This document shows positions 10,080 to 22,275 of a DNA stretch of 64,000 bases, piece after piece (positions within the stretch are counted from its first letter, which is position 1; each line of letters opens with the position of its first letter). The stretch lies in assembly GCF_001194135.2 (NCBI RefSeq), contig NC_069000.1, positions 28,203,104 to 28,267,103 of the forward strand, in the 5' to 3' direction. Source of the stretch: Octopus bimaculoides. Taxonomy: Eukaryota. Both the position numbers and the translations under genes were made by a program. Under the pieces are notes generated by a model that was given only the letters and a program-made list of their open reading frames with translations, did not search any database and had not been told where the DNA came from.

Positions 10080-12730
10080 ATTGGACTGTGTGAGTGGGCA
10101 GGGGAAAATTCCATAAGATTATGAGGGGAAATGGTTAGATGGGATTGAGGTAATGGAAGGTGAGAGGTATAAGAGTGGTTCAAGAGGAGGGTTGTTGAAT
10201 ATGCGAGGATATTGGGAGTGAGAGGAGATGAAAGAGGTGTTAAGGATGGAATATAGCAGAGAAGAGTGAAAATGGCTGGAGGAATATATAATGAGGCAAG
10301 GAAGTGGCTCTGGGGTGGGAGGAAAGAGGAAGGTAATGAAAGGGAGGGGGAATGTCTATAGTATGTGCCTATTTTTCTCTCTAGATGGCTGCCGGATAAT
10401 ATCAGAGATAAAGAGGTGATAAGTGTTAGGGAATGAGATGTGAAGGAAGATTGACAAGGCTGTGGGGCACAACTTCACATGTACACACATTTACCAAGGT
10501 GGTTTTATGATATTGATTTGTGTTGTGATGGACAGGTTTTCTCAAGTGCAGCAAGGTGCCAGATATCTCATTCCTTAGTCATTTCCGCCTTAAGGCTCAG
10601 CATCTTGAGATCAGCTCTCAATACTTTTCCCATGTCTTCATGGATTTCCGTCTTCCACAAGTTCCATCCACTTTAAGTGACTTTATGCAACTATCCTTGT
10701 CCATATGCATCACAAGACCAAATCAATGCAGTTTTCTTTCTTGCATTTAATTCCTCTTATACCTGACTTTTCTCTCAATATACTAGCACTGTCATACATG
10801 TACACTGACATTGCACGTCTAAAGGAGCATACTAGTTTCATCTCTCTCTAGTCTTCACATATCTAGTGCACTCAGGGCCCACATCTCAATACCATATAAC
10901 ATAATTCGTACACAAGCATCATACAATCATTCTTTCACTTGGAGAGTGAGAGACCCTTAGTTGCCAACAGCACTAAAAGTTCTCTGAATTTTTTTCCATC
11001 CTATTCTTAATCTAGTAATTACACTTTTGGAACATCCTTCTCCACTGTTACTTAGACCACCTAGGTAATAAAAATTATCTACACCCTCTAAAGATCTTCT
11101 GGGGCATATGAGGAAATCATGCATTTTCTACACACAAACACTTTCTCTCAAAGTTCATGTGGTTCTACAGCACCTCTTTTATCCATAGGCCCTTTGATTT
11201 CAAGTTTTGCTTCCATACCTATAATTTCTTTTCTAGTCAGTTTCAGATTCTTCTATGAGAGCAAGATCATCAGCATATAGTAGTTCTCATGGGAATCCAG
11301 ACTTAAATTCCTCTGTTATGGCCTGGAGGACAATGGTGAAGAGGGAGGGGCTGAGAACTGAGCCTTGGTGAACTCCTACCTGTACACTAAATTCATCACT
11401 ACAAATGTCTAACTCTTAACTTATTCCTGTACAACTTTCACAATCCTAACATCCTCAGAGACCACCATATCACTGAGTAAGGTACTCTCTTGAAGTTTTT
11501 TTTTGCAGATCAACAAATGACAAGTATAACAGGTTATTCTTAGCTAAATTCTTCTCTTGCAGTTGCTTGACTATGAAGATAGTGTCAGAAGTCCTTCTCT
11601 CCTGCACAAAGCCAAACTCATTTAATCTAGCACAACTTTCATCACCTGGTCCAGCAATTTGATATCTCTACTTCTATCTAAGGCATCTCCCTTACTCTTG
11701 TAGCAGATGACAATGATGCTGCTATTTCAGTCATTGGTGGGTAGTCATGCCTTCCTGAATAACTTTATTAACTATACAGGTGACTAGACTGTATCCTACA
11801 CCACCAGATATTTTAAGCAGTAACTCCTGATGGACCAGGGGCTTTCTGTCTTCATATCTTTAATTGCCTTACTTATCACACTGCTGTCAATTAGGGTATC
11901 TGGTGCTTCTGTTGATTTCACATAGAGGAGACACCCTTTCTTTCTCCACATTTAATAGGCTTTCATTTCTGAATCACTAAGTGCAAGCATATCATTATCC
12001 ATTCATACACACTGTCAGTAGTCCTGAACACCTCAAGTCGCTGATCTTCATACTGTAAGACAATGGCAAACCCTTTCTTTCTGCTCCTGCCCTAGCCAGA
12101 TAAACCTGTTACCAAGTTTCCCTTTTAGCTACCTGATATGGTTTTTTTTGCTACCTCCAACTTTCCACTTTTTCCAGACCCATTTCTTCTTTTTTGTGGC
12201 CCTATCAACCTCACTATTCCACCACCGTGCCACCCTTAGTCTGGCAGCAGATTTGCTGCAGCCACAGATTGTCATCCATATTAGGTTATTCTATAAGAAC
12301 TTCCAAGTTGTCTTCTCTGTTATGTCTTTATCTCTTCCTCTTTTTCATCAAATGTTTCATTTAGAACATCACTAAAACTCTAGCTTGAAAGATCCTTCAG
12401 CTTCCAGAACCTTTTCCATATTGGTTTATCTCTCTAGGCCCTTCTAGCCATAAGTCACTAACCACTAACCTATGAAGAGTTGTACATTCTTCTCCCGAGA
12501 AGGACTTTGCATCTGTTTCTGGTGAGAATGTAGTCAATCTCGCTTGTGTACTCACCAGATTGATAGGTGATCAGATGGCTGGCAGGTTTCCTGAAATCAG
12601 TATTGCAAATCAAGCAAGTCATTTGCATCAGAAAACTCCAGCAGCCTTGTTCCCTCATTTCTAGAACCAAGGCTGTAACTGCCATGAAATCTATCAAAGA
12701 GCTTCCCAACATGACCACTGAAGTGAATGA
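10080..12730 (-). mobile_element. Decayed RTE-clade LINE (APE remnant, RT, 3' region)
   Basis: LYADDL on minus near 11275; FRKPASHLITYQSGEYTSEIDYIL (APE) in ORF 12470-12718; homologous to copies at 43750 and 51130. Confidence 0.85.
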
Positions 12731-13157
12731 TAATGTTGTCTTTTGTTGAAGAACAAAACCAGTTATCTGAGGTTTTAAGGAATAGTTCTATTAATCTCCT
12801 GTTTGAGTGTTTAAGTTACTGGATTTCTGGATCAGTAGTAGCTGAGCCCTAAGTTAACCCTGGTTGAACAGGCATACAAAATGATCAAGGGAGTTACAGC
12901 TAATATCATTGTCATTTTGTAATCTTCCCTTTTCAAGGTAGTAGAGTGTGATTTGAGGAAATTTGGTTCCTAGTAAGTCAAATGACTATGCAAATTCCCT
13001 CATGGCTTAGTTTGAGTACTGTATGTTTTCTAATTACATCTAACTTTGCTTGCCCTTCTTACCAAATATTACTTTGCAGTACTACTCTATTTTAGCCAAT
13101 ACTATAGATATGATGTTTTGTAGGGAATTACACTCCAAATACCACCTTCCTTTACAG

Positions 13158-13273
13158 AACCAGCATCTTATCCAGATCGAGTACCATTTGATGGGCAATA
13201 TTATGGAAATGAGCGAGTCAATTTTGAAGTGACTTCAGCTGATAAAGTCAAACAGGGACGTTCCTCATTTGTG
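13158..13273 (+). CDS. SNX21: SNX21-like coding exon 2 (start of PX domain)
   Basis: Acceptor ccaccttcctttacAG, donor GTG|GTAAGT; phase 1 in, phase 0 out; EPASYPDRVPFDGQYYGNERVNFEVTSADKVKQGRSSFV matches SNX21 LLFEVTSANVVKDPPSKYV; in frame with exons 1 and 3. Confidence 0.88.
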
Positions 13274-13973
13274 GTAAGTTAGCCCTTTTTTGTCATTGAT
13301 ATTTCTCAACTTTTGACGTTTTATCTCCCTTTGGTTTTATTACTGGAGAATCCCTTGTAGTCAAGGAAGAATCCATCTGTTAGCAGAAGTATGTGATCTA
13401 TGAGCTGGAATAGTATGTTGTCCATTAACGGTAACATACAGCTCTTATCCAAAGCTAAAGATGAATCTAACTTCGAGGTAAGAAAGACAACTGGTGGTGT
13501 CTTTTCTGACATTCACCAGCAACAATTGTGGTAATGTAGAATAAAAAGCTAATAATTGATTTTCTCATGATCAAATGCACCAATATAAAAACATCTGCAT
13601 GTTCACTCAACATACTAAAAATAGCAGCTAAATTTCCTTTTGTTTCCTAGGTGGGATAGTGTAATTTGAAGGAAATTTGGCTGCTACTTCTAGCAGCCAA
13701 ATTTCCTTCAAATTACAGTCTAGCAGGTCAGGTAACCTCCTAAAATTTTCCTTGTTAAAGCTTTGTAAGGTTGGTTATGTACAAGAACATAAAATGATTT
13801 GGTCAATGAAAATTGTGCAATTTCAGTCTATCAGCATCAGTGCTAACAGTATTATTGGGAATCCAAACTACTTAGAGACAACTTATCTAGGATAACTAGT
13901 ACTGGAAGCTCAACTATTACCATGTACACACTTATCTCTATTTTCTGATACAATCATAGCAACTCTGAAGAAC

Positions 13974-14093
13974 TTTTCTCCATTTCTGAAATATATTCAG
14001 AAGAATTTGCTAATTTTTTCCACTTAAAAGAAGTCCAGACTGCCAGTAGTCTAATAAAGATCATAAATACTCTTGAACAATTCATGATGGAAA
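13974..14093 (+). pseudogene. Diverged intronic duplicate of part of SNX21 exon 3
   Basis: Aligns by eye to 15607-15733 (ttctgaaata..tattcagaagaatttgctaattttttc..aaaagaa..cagactgcc..ctaataaa..cataaatactct) at roughly 80% identity with indels. Confidence 0.85.
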
Positions 14094-14180
14094 TTCAGTA
14101 GAATTAAAGAGCCCTGCTTAATGCTATACAATATAGTCTCATCCCTCTACATTTTAAATTCAAAATGTATCAAGGTTCAA

Positions 14181-14690
14181 CATCATTTAATGTCTGTTTT
14201 CCATGCTGGCATGGGTTGATGGTTTGACTGAAAACTGGTAAACCAGGGAGCTGCACCAAGTTCTGATCTGATTTGGCAAAGTTTCTATGGCTGGATGCCC
14301 TTCCTAATGCCAACCACTCCAAGAGAGTAGTAGGTGTTTTTTCATGTGCTACTGGCACAGGTACCATTGACCTGACACCAGCATCAGCCACAACTACAGT
14401 CTCACTTGGCTTGACGGGTCTACACAAGCATGGTATATTGCCAAAGGTCTTGGTCACCTGTCACTGCTTCCATGAGGCCCAAAGCTCCAGCAGTGCTTTT
14501 TACATGCCAGTTAGATAGCACTGGCATCAGCCACAGCAACGGTCTCACTTGGTTTGACAGGTCTTCTCAAGCATGGTATATCTCCAAAGCTCTCGGTCAC
14601 TTATCATTGCCTCTATGAGGCCCAACATTTGAAGATCGTGCTTCACCACCTTGTCCTATGATGTCCTGGGTCTACCTCATCTACAGGTTA
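14181..14690 (-). mobile_element. RTE LINE 3' end fragment
   Basis: catcatttaatgtctgttttccatgctggcatgggttg...ggatgcccttcctaatgccaaccactc, shared with the 3' ends of the RT-containing copies. Confidence 0.8.
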
Positions 14691-15386
14691 TAAGGTTGAT
14701 AATACTTTTTAATGGTTCAATGCAGAGGAAGGACAACTCATGACCCCTTGTACAACTTGAGACTAATTGGAATAAGAAAGCCTCAGACTGAACTAGGCTC
14801 AAGCCACCCAAAGACCAGGTGGTAGGTCAAGTCAACTATCCCAAAACAGATACAGTCCTTGACAGGAGCTTTCACATTTCCTTTCAACCAAAGTAACTGG
14901 CACTCCATCAGTGAGGGTTCTAGTTGAGCCTGCTTGTGAAATTAACATGCAAGTGGCTGAGCATAGTTCTTAGGGAGATTCAGCATAACTCAGAATGTGA
15001 CAAGGCTGGCCCTTTGAATTACAGGTACAACTCATTTTTGCCAGCTGAATTGGTTGGAGCAACATGAAATAAAGTGTCTTCCACAAGGACACAAAATGTC
15101 ACCAGGAATTGAACTCTTGACCTTATAATCAAGAGCCAAGTACCCTAACCACTAACTCACATTCCTTCACTACTAAAGTATATACACAGTATTCACTAAG
15201 GTACCATGCAATGAGATTAAACTCAAAACTATATGATTGTATATATCTAATTGAGTAAGATAGACAATACCCCTCCCCTACAAAAACTGGCCTTGAGACT
15301 TAAGTAAGAACCTAATATTTTGCAAGGATGGCAGCAATGATTCAGATATTTGATAATTTAACTGCTTCTTTTTGTTTCAATTATAG

Positions 15387-16070
15387 ATGTACACAGTGCT
15401 AATCAGCAAGAACTCTGGGATTGATAAAATGCCAACCATGATAGAGAAACGTTACTCTGATTTTGCAAAGCTTCACCACAGGTTGAAAAAGAAGATTCCC
15501 CATAAGATGGAAGACATTTTCTTCCCTAAAAAACTTCTAACAGGTAACTTCACTAGTGAGACAATTGCTCGTCGTAGCAGAGCATTCGAACAGTATCTCA
15601 CTCACATTTTCTCTATTTCTGAAATACGATATTCAGAAGAATTTGCTAATTTTTTCTACCTAAAAGAACTGCAGACTGCCTATAGCCTAATAAATGACCA
15701 TAAATACTCTCAAGCAATTCCTTTGATGGAAAAGTATCTTCCCATCCAAGAGAAGGTACATTCAGATGTTCACCCAGATGTCATGCTGACCTTATGTGCA
15801 ATAGCTGCTTGTTACCATCAACTGGACCGACCTTATATGGCTCATCGGTATGCAGAGACAGCACTCAACTGCATGCAAAACTTTGACATTGTAGACAATA
15901 CCATCTATGTTGCTCTTCTACAGCTCTCCATTCGGGTGTGCTGGACTTTAGGTAAAGACAAAAGGAATATGGAAGCACAACTTCAGAATCTCCACAAACA
16001 GGGTGTTGTTACAGAAAACACTTGCTCTTTAATGGACATAGTCAAATCACGAATTAGGAAAAGCTACTAG
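15387..16070 (+). CDS. SNX21: SNX21-like coding exon 3 (PX core + TPR-like PXB domain, stop)
   Basis: Acceptor tttgtttcaattatAG, phase 0; IEKRYSDFAKLH, FPKKLLTGNF, IARRSRAFEQYL (PX), then helical repeats; TAG at 16068-16070. Confidence 0.93.
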   Translation: MYTVLISKNSGIDKMPTMIEKRYSDFAKLHHRLKKKIPHKMEDIFFPKKLLTGNFTSETIARRSRAFEQYLTHIFSISEIRYSEEFANFFYLKELQTAYSLINDHKYSQAIPLMEKYLPIQEKVHSDVHPDVMLTLCAIAACYHQLDRPYMAHRYAETALNCMQNFDIVDNTIYVALLQLSIRVCWTLGKDKRNMEAQLQNLHKQGVVTENTCSLMDIVKSRIRKSY

Positions 16071-16312
16071 AAAAGAAAAATATCAAATTAAGTATAGATT
16101 AATTAAATTTCCCCTTTAAAATTTTATGCAGGAAAATGATTTGATTTTAAATTTAATTTAGCTTTGCTTTTTAAGCATTGAAGCCCCAAATGAAAAGATC
16201 TAACCAGCTTGCTCTATACAAGTATGTTCACTTATAAAAAAGAAACATTAAAATATAGAATGCAACTGAGTCATTCAAAACACCTGAAGAAAAATGTGAA
16301 CAATAATACACA

Positions 16313-16318
16313 AATAAA
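16313..16318 (+). promoter_or_regulatory. Candidate polyadenylation signal of the SNX21-like gene
   Basis: AATAAA about 245 nt after the stop; others follow, e.g. 16561. Confidence 0.4.
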
Positions 16319-18077
16319 AAAAAATAAAGTAAGTAAATAATACTGTTTGAATTTTGTTTCCTTAGCTGAGCTGGTTGTGCAAGTTGTCTATAGAGGAAGG
16401 AGCAGCAGATCCCTTCTACTGACTTAGCTGTGACTCAATGAATTACTTACTAGACTTACACAAATACAAACCCTACTGCTGCCAATGTATTGTGAACATT
16501 AGTGTACACAGTACTTTCCATGCCTTAAAAAAAAATTCATGCAAAAACCAAGTTTTTGTAAATAAATAAAAAACAGCACTCCATTTCAGAATTTTTTTGT
16601 TTATAATCTAGCCAGAGAAACTGGTGGTGATGGTGGTGGGGAGGGTGTCTTCTGATCAGAGACCTGATCAAATGTTTTCAACAGACTAGACTCCAGGTCG
16701 TTTACCAAATTTAATTAAAAAAGCATTAGTTGACCCAAAGCTATGATAGAAGACATTTGCTCAAGGTACTGTGCAGCGGGATTGCATTGAAACCATACAA
16801 CTGCAGAGTGACTATAATCACACAATCATATCTACTTCCTATATAGTGAAATGTAAGAGATTTGTTTGGCTAGTTGATTGGAGTTTTATTTATTATTTTC
16901 TTTTTACCAGCAATGTTGAAACATGCAAATTTGAAGATGGTGAAGGTGAAAAATTGTTAGCCTGCTCACTGAAGGGTCAATAATTAATACCCTGTCACTG
17001 TACTGTGTATGTGTTGCTTGTAGACTCAGTAATAAGTCACTGTAGATAAAGAAAGTTCAGCACACCACAGGTATGAGGATAGTCTTGTAGTGATGGGTTA
17101 ATAAAAAAAAAGTTAAAATTAAAATTTAAAAAAAAAATGTGGGAAAACCTGCCTGTCTAGCTAAAGCGAAATGTGTCTCAACTGCTTAATATTTGCCTGG
17201 GAGAAAAAGGAGATGCAAAAAAGGAGGAAAATCCAAATAAATCTGGGATAAACAGCAGTATGTTGCAAATATTCTGGTAAATGGTGTAAAATTAAATAAA
17301 AGGTCTCATGTAAGATGTGTTACAATTTTCTTTTTGTATGAAAAAAAAAAAAAAATCAATTTTCGACACTATAAAAAATACAAACACACCAACAAATTTG
17401 GCATTTCAAAAGAGTTAAGGCTTGTCTAGAAAACTGAATGTTGAGCCCAACCAGCCAAAGAATCAATAGTTCAAGACAACGAGAAAGTCACTACATGCTT
17501 CCTTGACCGGCTAGAAATAGTAGCCAAATCTGAAATTACATTAAGATCTGCACGTTTCCCATTCAAACTGACTAGAATCAGCCTCTCACACCTACCATAC
17601 AATGTTATTCTAAAAATATACAATCATGTTATTGAAATCTCAAAACTACAAGATAATGCATGATAAATTCAAACCATTTGAATAAATAAGCATATGTCTG
17701 ACAGAGTAATCTGAATTAAAAAGAATTTTTTAAAAAGACAGAAGAAAATACATCTAGACCTGAATAAACAAACATGAGAAAAAGACTATTAGTAGTTCAT
17801 ATTCCATTATTAGCACTGTTGTGTTTATAATCAAAATCTTATGCCAAACTTCAATTATGTTGTTCACTACGTAATGTTTGGACCCAATTAAAAAGATAAA
17901 AATCAAACACTAATTGGTTTGCAAAATAAATGAAATTACTATATTGAAAGAAATTTATTCCAAGTTATTATTTTTTTGCTGTATATACATACACTAGAAG
18001 TAAAATTAGAAAATAAAAATAATTTTTAGAAAAATTGTTATTAAAGCAATTGATATGCATGCCAAGTAGGTTGTACA

Positions 18078-18115
<38 letters not shown>

Positions 18116-19044
18116 CACACACATACATATATATATATGTAGCACTTTAATTCCTTCATAATCCAAGTCCAGTGTCTACTTCACTTCCATTTATGTATAC
18201 ATACATTAAAAAAGAAAAAAATACACCATGCAGCTGAGTAATACTGAAAGTATGTACATTTTGTCCTCAATATTGGTTTGAATTAAGAACTTAAAGAACA
18301 AGAAACACTAAATTAGAAGTGCCATTATTACAAGATTGCATAAATAGCTTACAGCTATAAAACAAAATTCTCTCTCACTCACGCAAGTGAACTTCAGGTT
18401 AGTTAAAATATGGTCTGTGACATAATTTGACTTCTAAAGATAAATTCATTGCATTTACTAGAGATAAAAATTCTTCTTTATGGGATAAAATGTTCAAAAA
18501 CACCATATCTGCTCAGTGTCTCTCTAACAGATGTTTCTGACTTTTTAACCTTCTTTAGTAGGAGGTACTGAAGAAAGGCAATCCTAAAACCATAGCTTTA
18601 TCTTAGAGCAGACAATATTAGTGACTGGTTGTGCTCGCAGATTGCCTGGTCAAAATATACAAGTACCAATGCAATGCAGTGATGAGGAATACACAAAGTG
18701 AAAGGAAGTCCATTAGAGAGAGAGAGAGAGAGAGAGAAAGAGAGCGAAAAGATATGGTGTTTTTACACCCTTTGCCATAAGCGAGAATTTTTTCCTCATG
18801 GTAACTGCAGTGAATTTGCTCTTAGACGTATGTCACAAATATATTTTCACTAACCTAAAGTTAATTTATTTATCATCACTGATACTATTACATATTTGTG
18901 TGTGTGTGTGTGTGTGTCTATTCCTGAAACAAACAAGCTTTATTCATAACATAGCTAAATTAGAAACTAACGAAATAAATGTAGAAGGACCTTACTTTTT
19001 GACAGAACTGTCATGGATAAAATAATCTAATAGGAAAAATAATT

Positions 19045-19050
19045 TTTATT
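19045..19050 (-). promoter_or_regulatory. Candidate polyadenylation signal of the LEM-domain gene
   Basis: AATAAA on minus about 95 nt after the stop; further signals lie toward 16.9 kb. Confidence 0.35.
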
Positions 19051-19143
19051 TTAAACTACAATTTAGAAAAGAAAAAAAAAAAGGAAAACGAAACTGGCAT
19101 GCAGTTATTTGCTTAAATACTTGGATTCATGGAGGTGACCATT

Positions 19144-19306
19144 TTAATTGGTATTTGTTAGACTAGGTACTGAAGGCTGATACTCAAAGTTCATGATTAT
19201 CATCCACAACATAAAACCCAACACAATCATTATAAGGAGCTTTGTAATCCAAGACATGCCAGCTTTAGCAGGAACAGCAGATGAGGAGACTCCTGGTTCA
19301 CGCAAA
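19144..19306 (-). CDS. Emerin/LAP2beta-like LEM protein, last coding exon (TM helix + short luminal tail)
   Basis: Acceptor tttacattttctccatAG, phase 2; LREPGVSSSAVPAKAGMSWITKLLIMIVLGFMLWMIIMNFEYQPSVPSLTNTN*, compare LAP2beta PMWIKILLFVVVAVFLFLVYQAMETNQ. Confidence 0.85.
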
Positions 19307-19719
19307 CTATGGAGAAAATGTAAATAAATATATACAAATTAATGAACAAAGTTAAGCAGGAAACAACAAATATGTAGTAAATATATTTTATAAAACATTT
19401 TAAATGAGTAGTTAAAATACTAAATCATTCCACCTGCTAGTAATGACAGCTAAATCCCCTTCAAATGAAGCCTCACCATCTTAAAGAGAGATATAGTAAA
19501 AAGGATTTTGCTCAGAGGTTTGATCAATCAGGGAAATGTTGGGCTAAAAACTATGTTGGGAGGAATTATTCTCATTAAACCCAATCATTATGCTGCAAAG
19601 CATATTAAGTACAAAAAGATCAACAATTGTTGCGCTCTGACTGAATCCATTTTCTGGTTATCGTTGAAATTAACAACACAATCTAATGAAGGCACCTTTA
19701 TATAGTCACTCAACTTTCT

Positions 19720-20055
19720 AGAAGCAGCAACTAATGTTTAAATCATATCCTGCAGTTGAGATAGACTTTGCCTTTCATCCTTTCAGGGTTGATAAATTAA
19801 GTACTAGCCAAGCACTAGGGTCAATATAATCAACTTACTCCTTCTCATGAAAATTCAGTCTCTGTTCCTATTGCAGAAAGGATTATAATTATTTTGAAAA
19901 CCTAGCAGCATTTTGTGTCTTAACATTCTGAGTTCAAACTGCTGCTGAGGTTGACTTTACCTTTCATGGTTGATAAAATAAGTACCAGTTAAGTACTGGG
20001 ATTGATGTAATTGACTTACCCCTTCCCCTGAAATTGCTGGCCTTGTGCCAAAATT
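19720..20055 (+). mobile_element. Two tandem family B SINE copies
   Basis: Repeated gactttgcctttcat...gttgataaattaagtac...gatgtaattgacttacccc blocks. Confidence 0.7.
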
Positions 20056-20289
20056 TATTATTGTTGACCCACATGACTTGCTTCACTCACCCCACTCCTC
20101 CTCCCCTCCTCCTTTTTTGTTATTGCAGCATGGAGAAGGGTAGGGCAGTAGTATGGCTGTCACAACAGACAATATCTGTATCTCACTCACATGCACACAC
20201 AAACTCCAAACCCCTATTTTTTGGCTACCCACCTCCCTTTTTCATTATATCATAGCTCTTCCTTTAAACATATTCCTTTATTTTTTTTT

Positions 20290-20655
20290 TATTTGTTTCA
20301 GTCATTTGACTGCGGGCATGCTGGGGCATCACCTTTAGTTGAGCAAATCGACCCCAGGACTTTGTAAGCCTAGTACTTATTCTATCGGTCTCTCTTGCTG
20401 AACCGCTAAGTTACAGGGACATAAACACACCAGCATCGGTTGTCAAGCGATGTTGGGGGGACAAACACAGACACACAAACATACATACATATNNNNNNNN
20501 NNATACATATATATATATGATGTGCTTCTTTCAGTTTCCATCTACTAAATCCATTTACAAGACTTTGGTAGAAGACACTTGCCCAAGGTGCCACGCAGTG
20601 GGACTGAACCCGGAACCATGTGGTTGGTAAGCAAGCTACTTACCACATAGCCACT
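20290..20655 (-). mobile_element. CORE-type SINE, family A
   Basis: High identity to 8051-8450; contains a 10-N gap. Confidence 0.9.
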
Positions 20656-20659
20656 GCAA

Positions 20660-20830
20660 TCATTATCATCATTTAATGTCTGCTTCCTATGCTGTCACAG
20701 GTTGGACAGTTTGGCCAGAGCTGGGAAGCAGCACCAAGTTCACATCATCTGTTTTGGCATCATTTTTACAGTTGGATGCCCTTTCTAATGCCAACCACGT
20801 GACAGCATGTACTTTTTATGTTGCATCAGC
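20660..20830 (-). mobile_element. RTE LINE 3' tail fragment
   Basis: catcatttaatgtctgcttcc...ggatgccctttctaatgccaaccac. Confidence 0.7.
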
Positions 20831-21427
20831 ATAGGTGCTAAGTAAATATAAACAAAGATTAAACTTTTGCGATAAAACTTATAAATAACCCTGATACTTT
20901 GGTTAAAAAAACCCTAGTCATCGGTATAAAGAGCAGGAAAGAGGTTTTGCTTTGTCAGAATTCCTAACTCTTGTGCGTGTGTCTGTGCGTGCAAGTGCAC
21001 GCACACACATATACTTGCTCACATATACATTTTAAATATTTTGAAGCACTGAGAAATTTTAAAATGTACAGCATATGATTTAAATAAAAATATCCTTTCA
21101 TGGAAAAGAGTTGACAATGTTAATGTTTTTTTTTCCTGTGTAAAGGGCTTTTACTTCATATTGGGCACTATTTGTAGCCACATTCACAATTGAACATCAG
21201 CATAAAAAGACATTCACATGTATAGGTTCACCTTATAGTGTATGTAAATGTTTACATTCTGCACCTTGCAATGTAAAGTTTGAGCAAGAAAAAAATATTT
21301 TTAATTGGTAATGTTGGCTGATATTCCCCATTGAAGAAATTTTTCACTAGTTCTTTAGTTCTGTTGTCATGATATTCATAATATCATGACAACAAAAGTG
21401 GAAGATAAATTTGTAAAGATAATTTAC

Positions 21428-21526
21428 CTTGTGTAGCTGCTTTTGTCTTGATCAGCTCCGCTGTTCAATGGTCTGCGGCGTAAACTGCTACTGAGATGAC
21501 TACTGCTAATTTGAGGGTTTGAAGAG
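21428..21526 (-). CDS. LEM protein, penultimate coding exon (Ser-rich, RRR)
   Basis: Acceptor tatttctttttcAG, donor AAG|GTAAAT; 99 nt, phase 2-2; SSNPQISSSHLSSSLRRRPLNSGADQDKSSYT; in frame with both neighbours. Confidence 0.85.
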
Positions 21527-22238
21527 CTGAAAAAGAAATATAGCACAGGAGGTTAATGACATTAAATTTATTAACCTACACAAAAATTATTAAATCTAAC
21601 CAAATTTGCACCAAGATGTATATCAGAACTGATACGAAGTGTTGGCAAAAAAATTATGAGTGTGTATGAGAGTGAATATGCAAATGAGGGGGAAATAAAT
21701 TCCCCGTTAGAAGTAGGTAAAGTTCATTCAAAGCTGAGTTTGAATTTCAGTGTAACAAATAGAAATGAGAAAACTGAAAATTCAGAGTGAAGACGCGACT
21801 TCAAATAATTGTAAAGATAATATCCACAAGACATAAAAACATATGTGGGTATCCCAAATACCAGCCACATCAGTCGATCATCAACAAAAGTAAAGGTTGC
21901 TTATACAAGATAGCTACATATCTTCAATATTTAGTTAATTTGAAGCTATTTAAAAGAAATGCCATAAACTTAATTAAAGGACAGAATGAACTATGATAAC
22001 AAGCATTTTCATCCGATACTGCTTGAAACCAGATATGTATGTATGTATGTACATACATATACATGTATATATATATATACACACACAGTTGAGAGGAACA
22101 TACATCTTCTTCCACGAAAAGATAGCTTAAACTGTGCTCTAAATGGAGGTGTAGTCAAATCCTATTTTATGGACTCAACCATGTTCTGAAATAAGTCGAA
22201 AGGTAAGCTACTATAAATCAGCACGAACTTTCCGGACA

Positions 22239-22274
<36 letters not shown>

Positions 22275-22275
<1 letters not shown>

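Noticed and set aside
13050-13232. 60-aa ORF over SNX21 exon 2
   Set aside because: Wrong frame; the PX-matching frame is a different one.
13321-13530. Coding-looking stretch (minus ORF of 63 aa; + strand KYVIYEL and a GAG|GTAAGA donor)
   Set aside because: The + frames have stops in the phase required after exon 2 and I recognise no family. A tblastx search would be needed to revive it.
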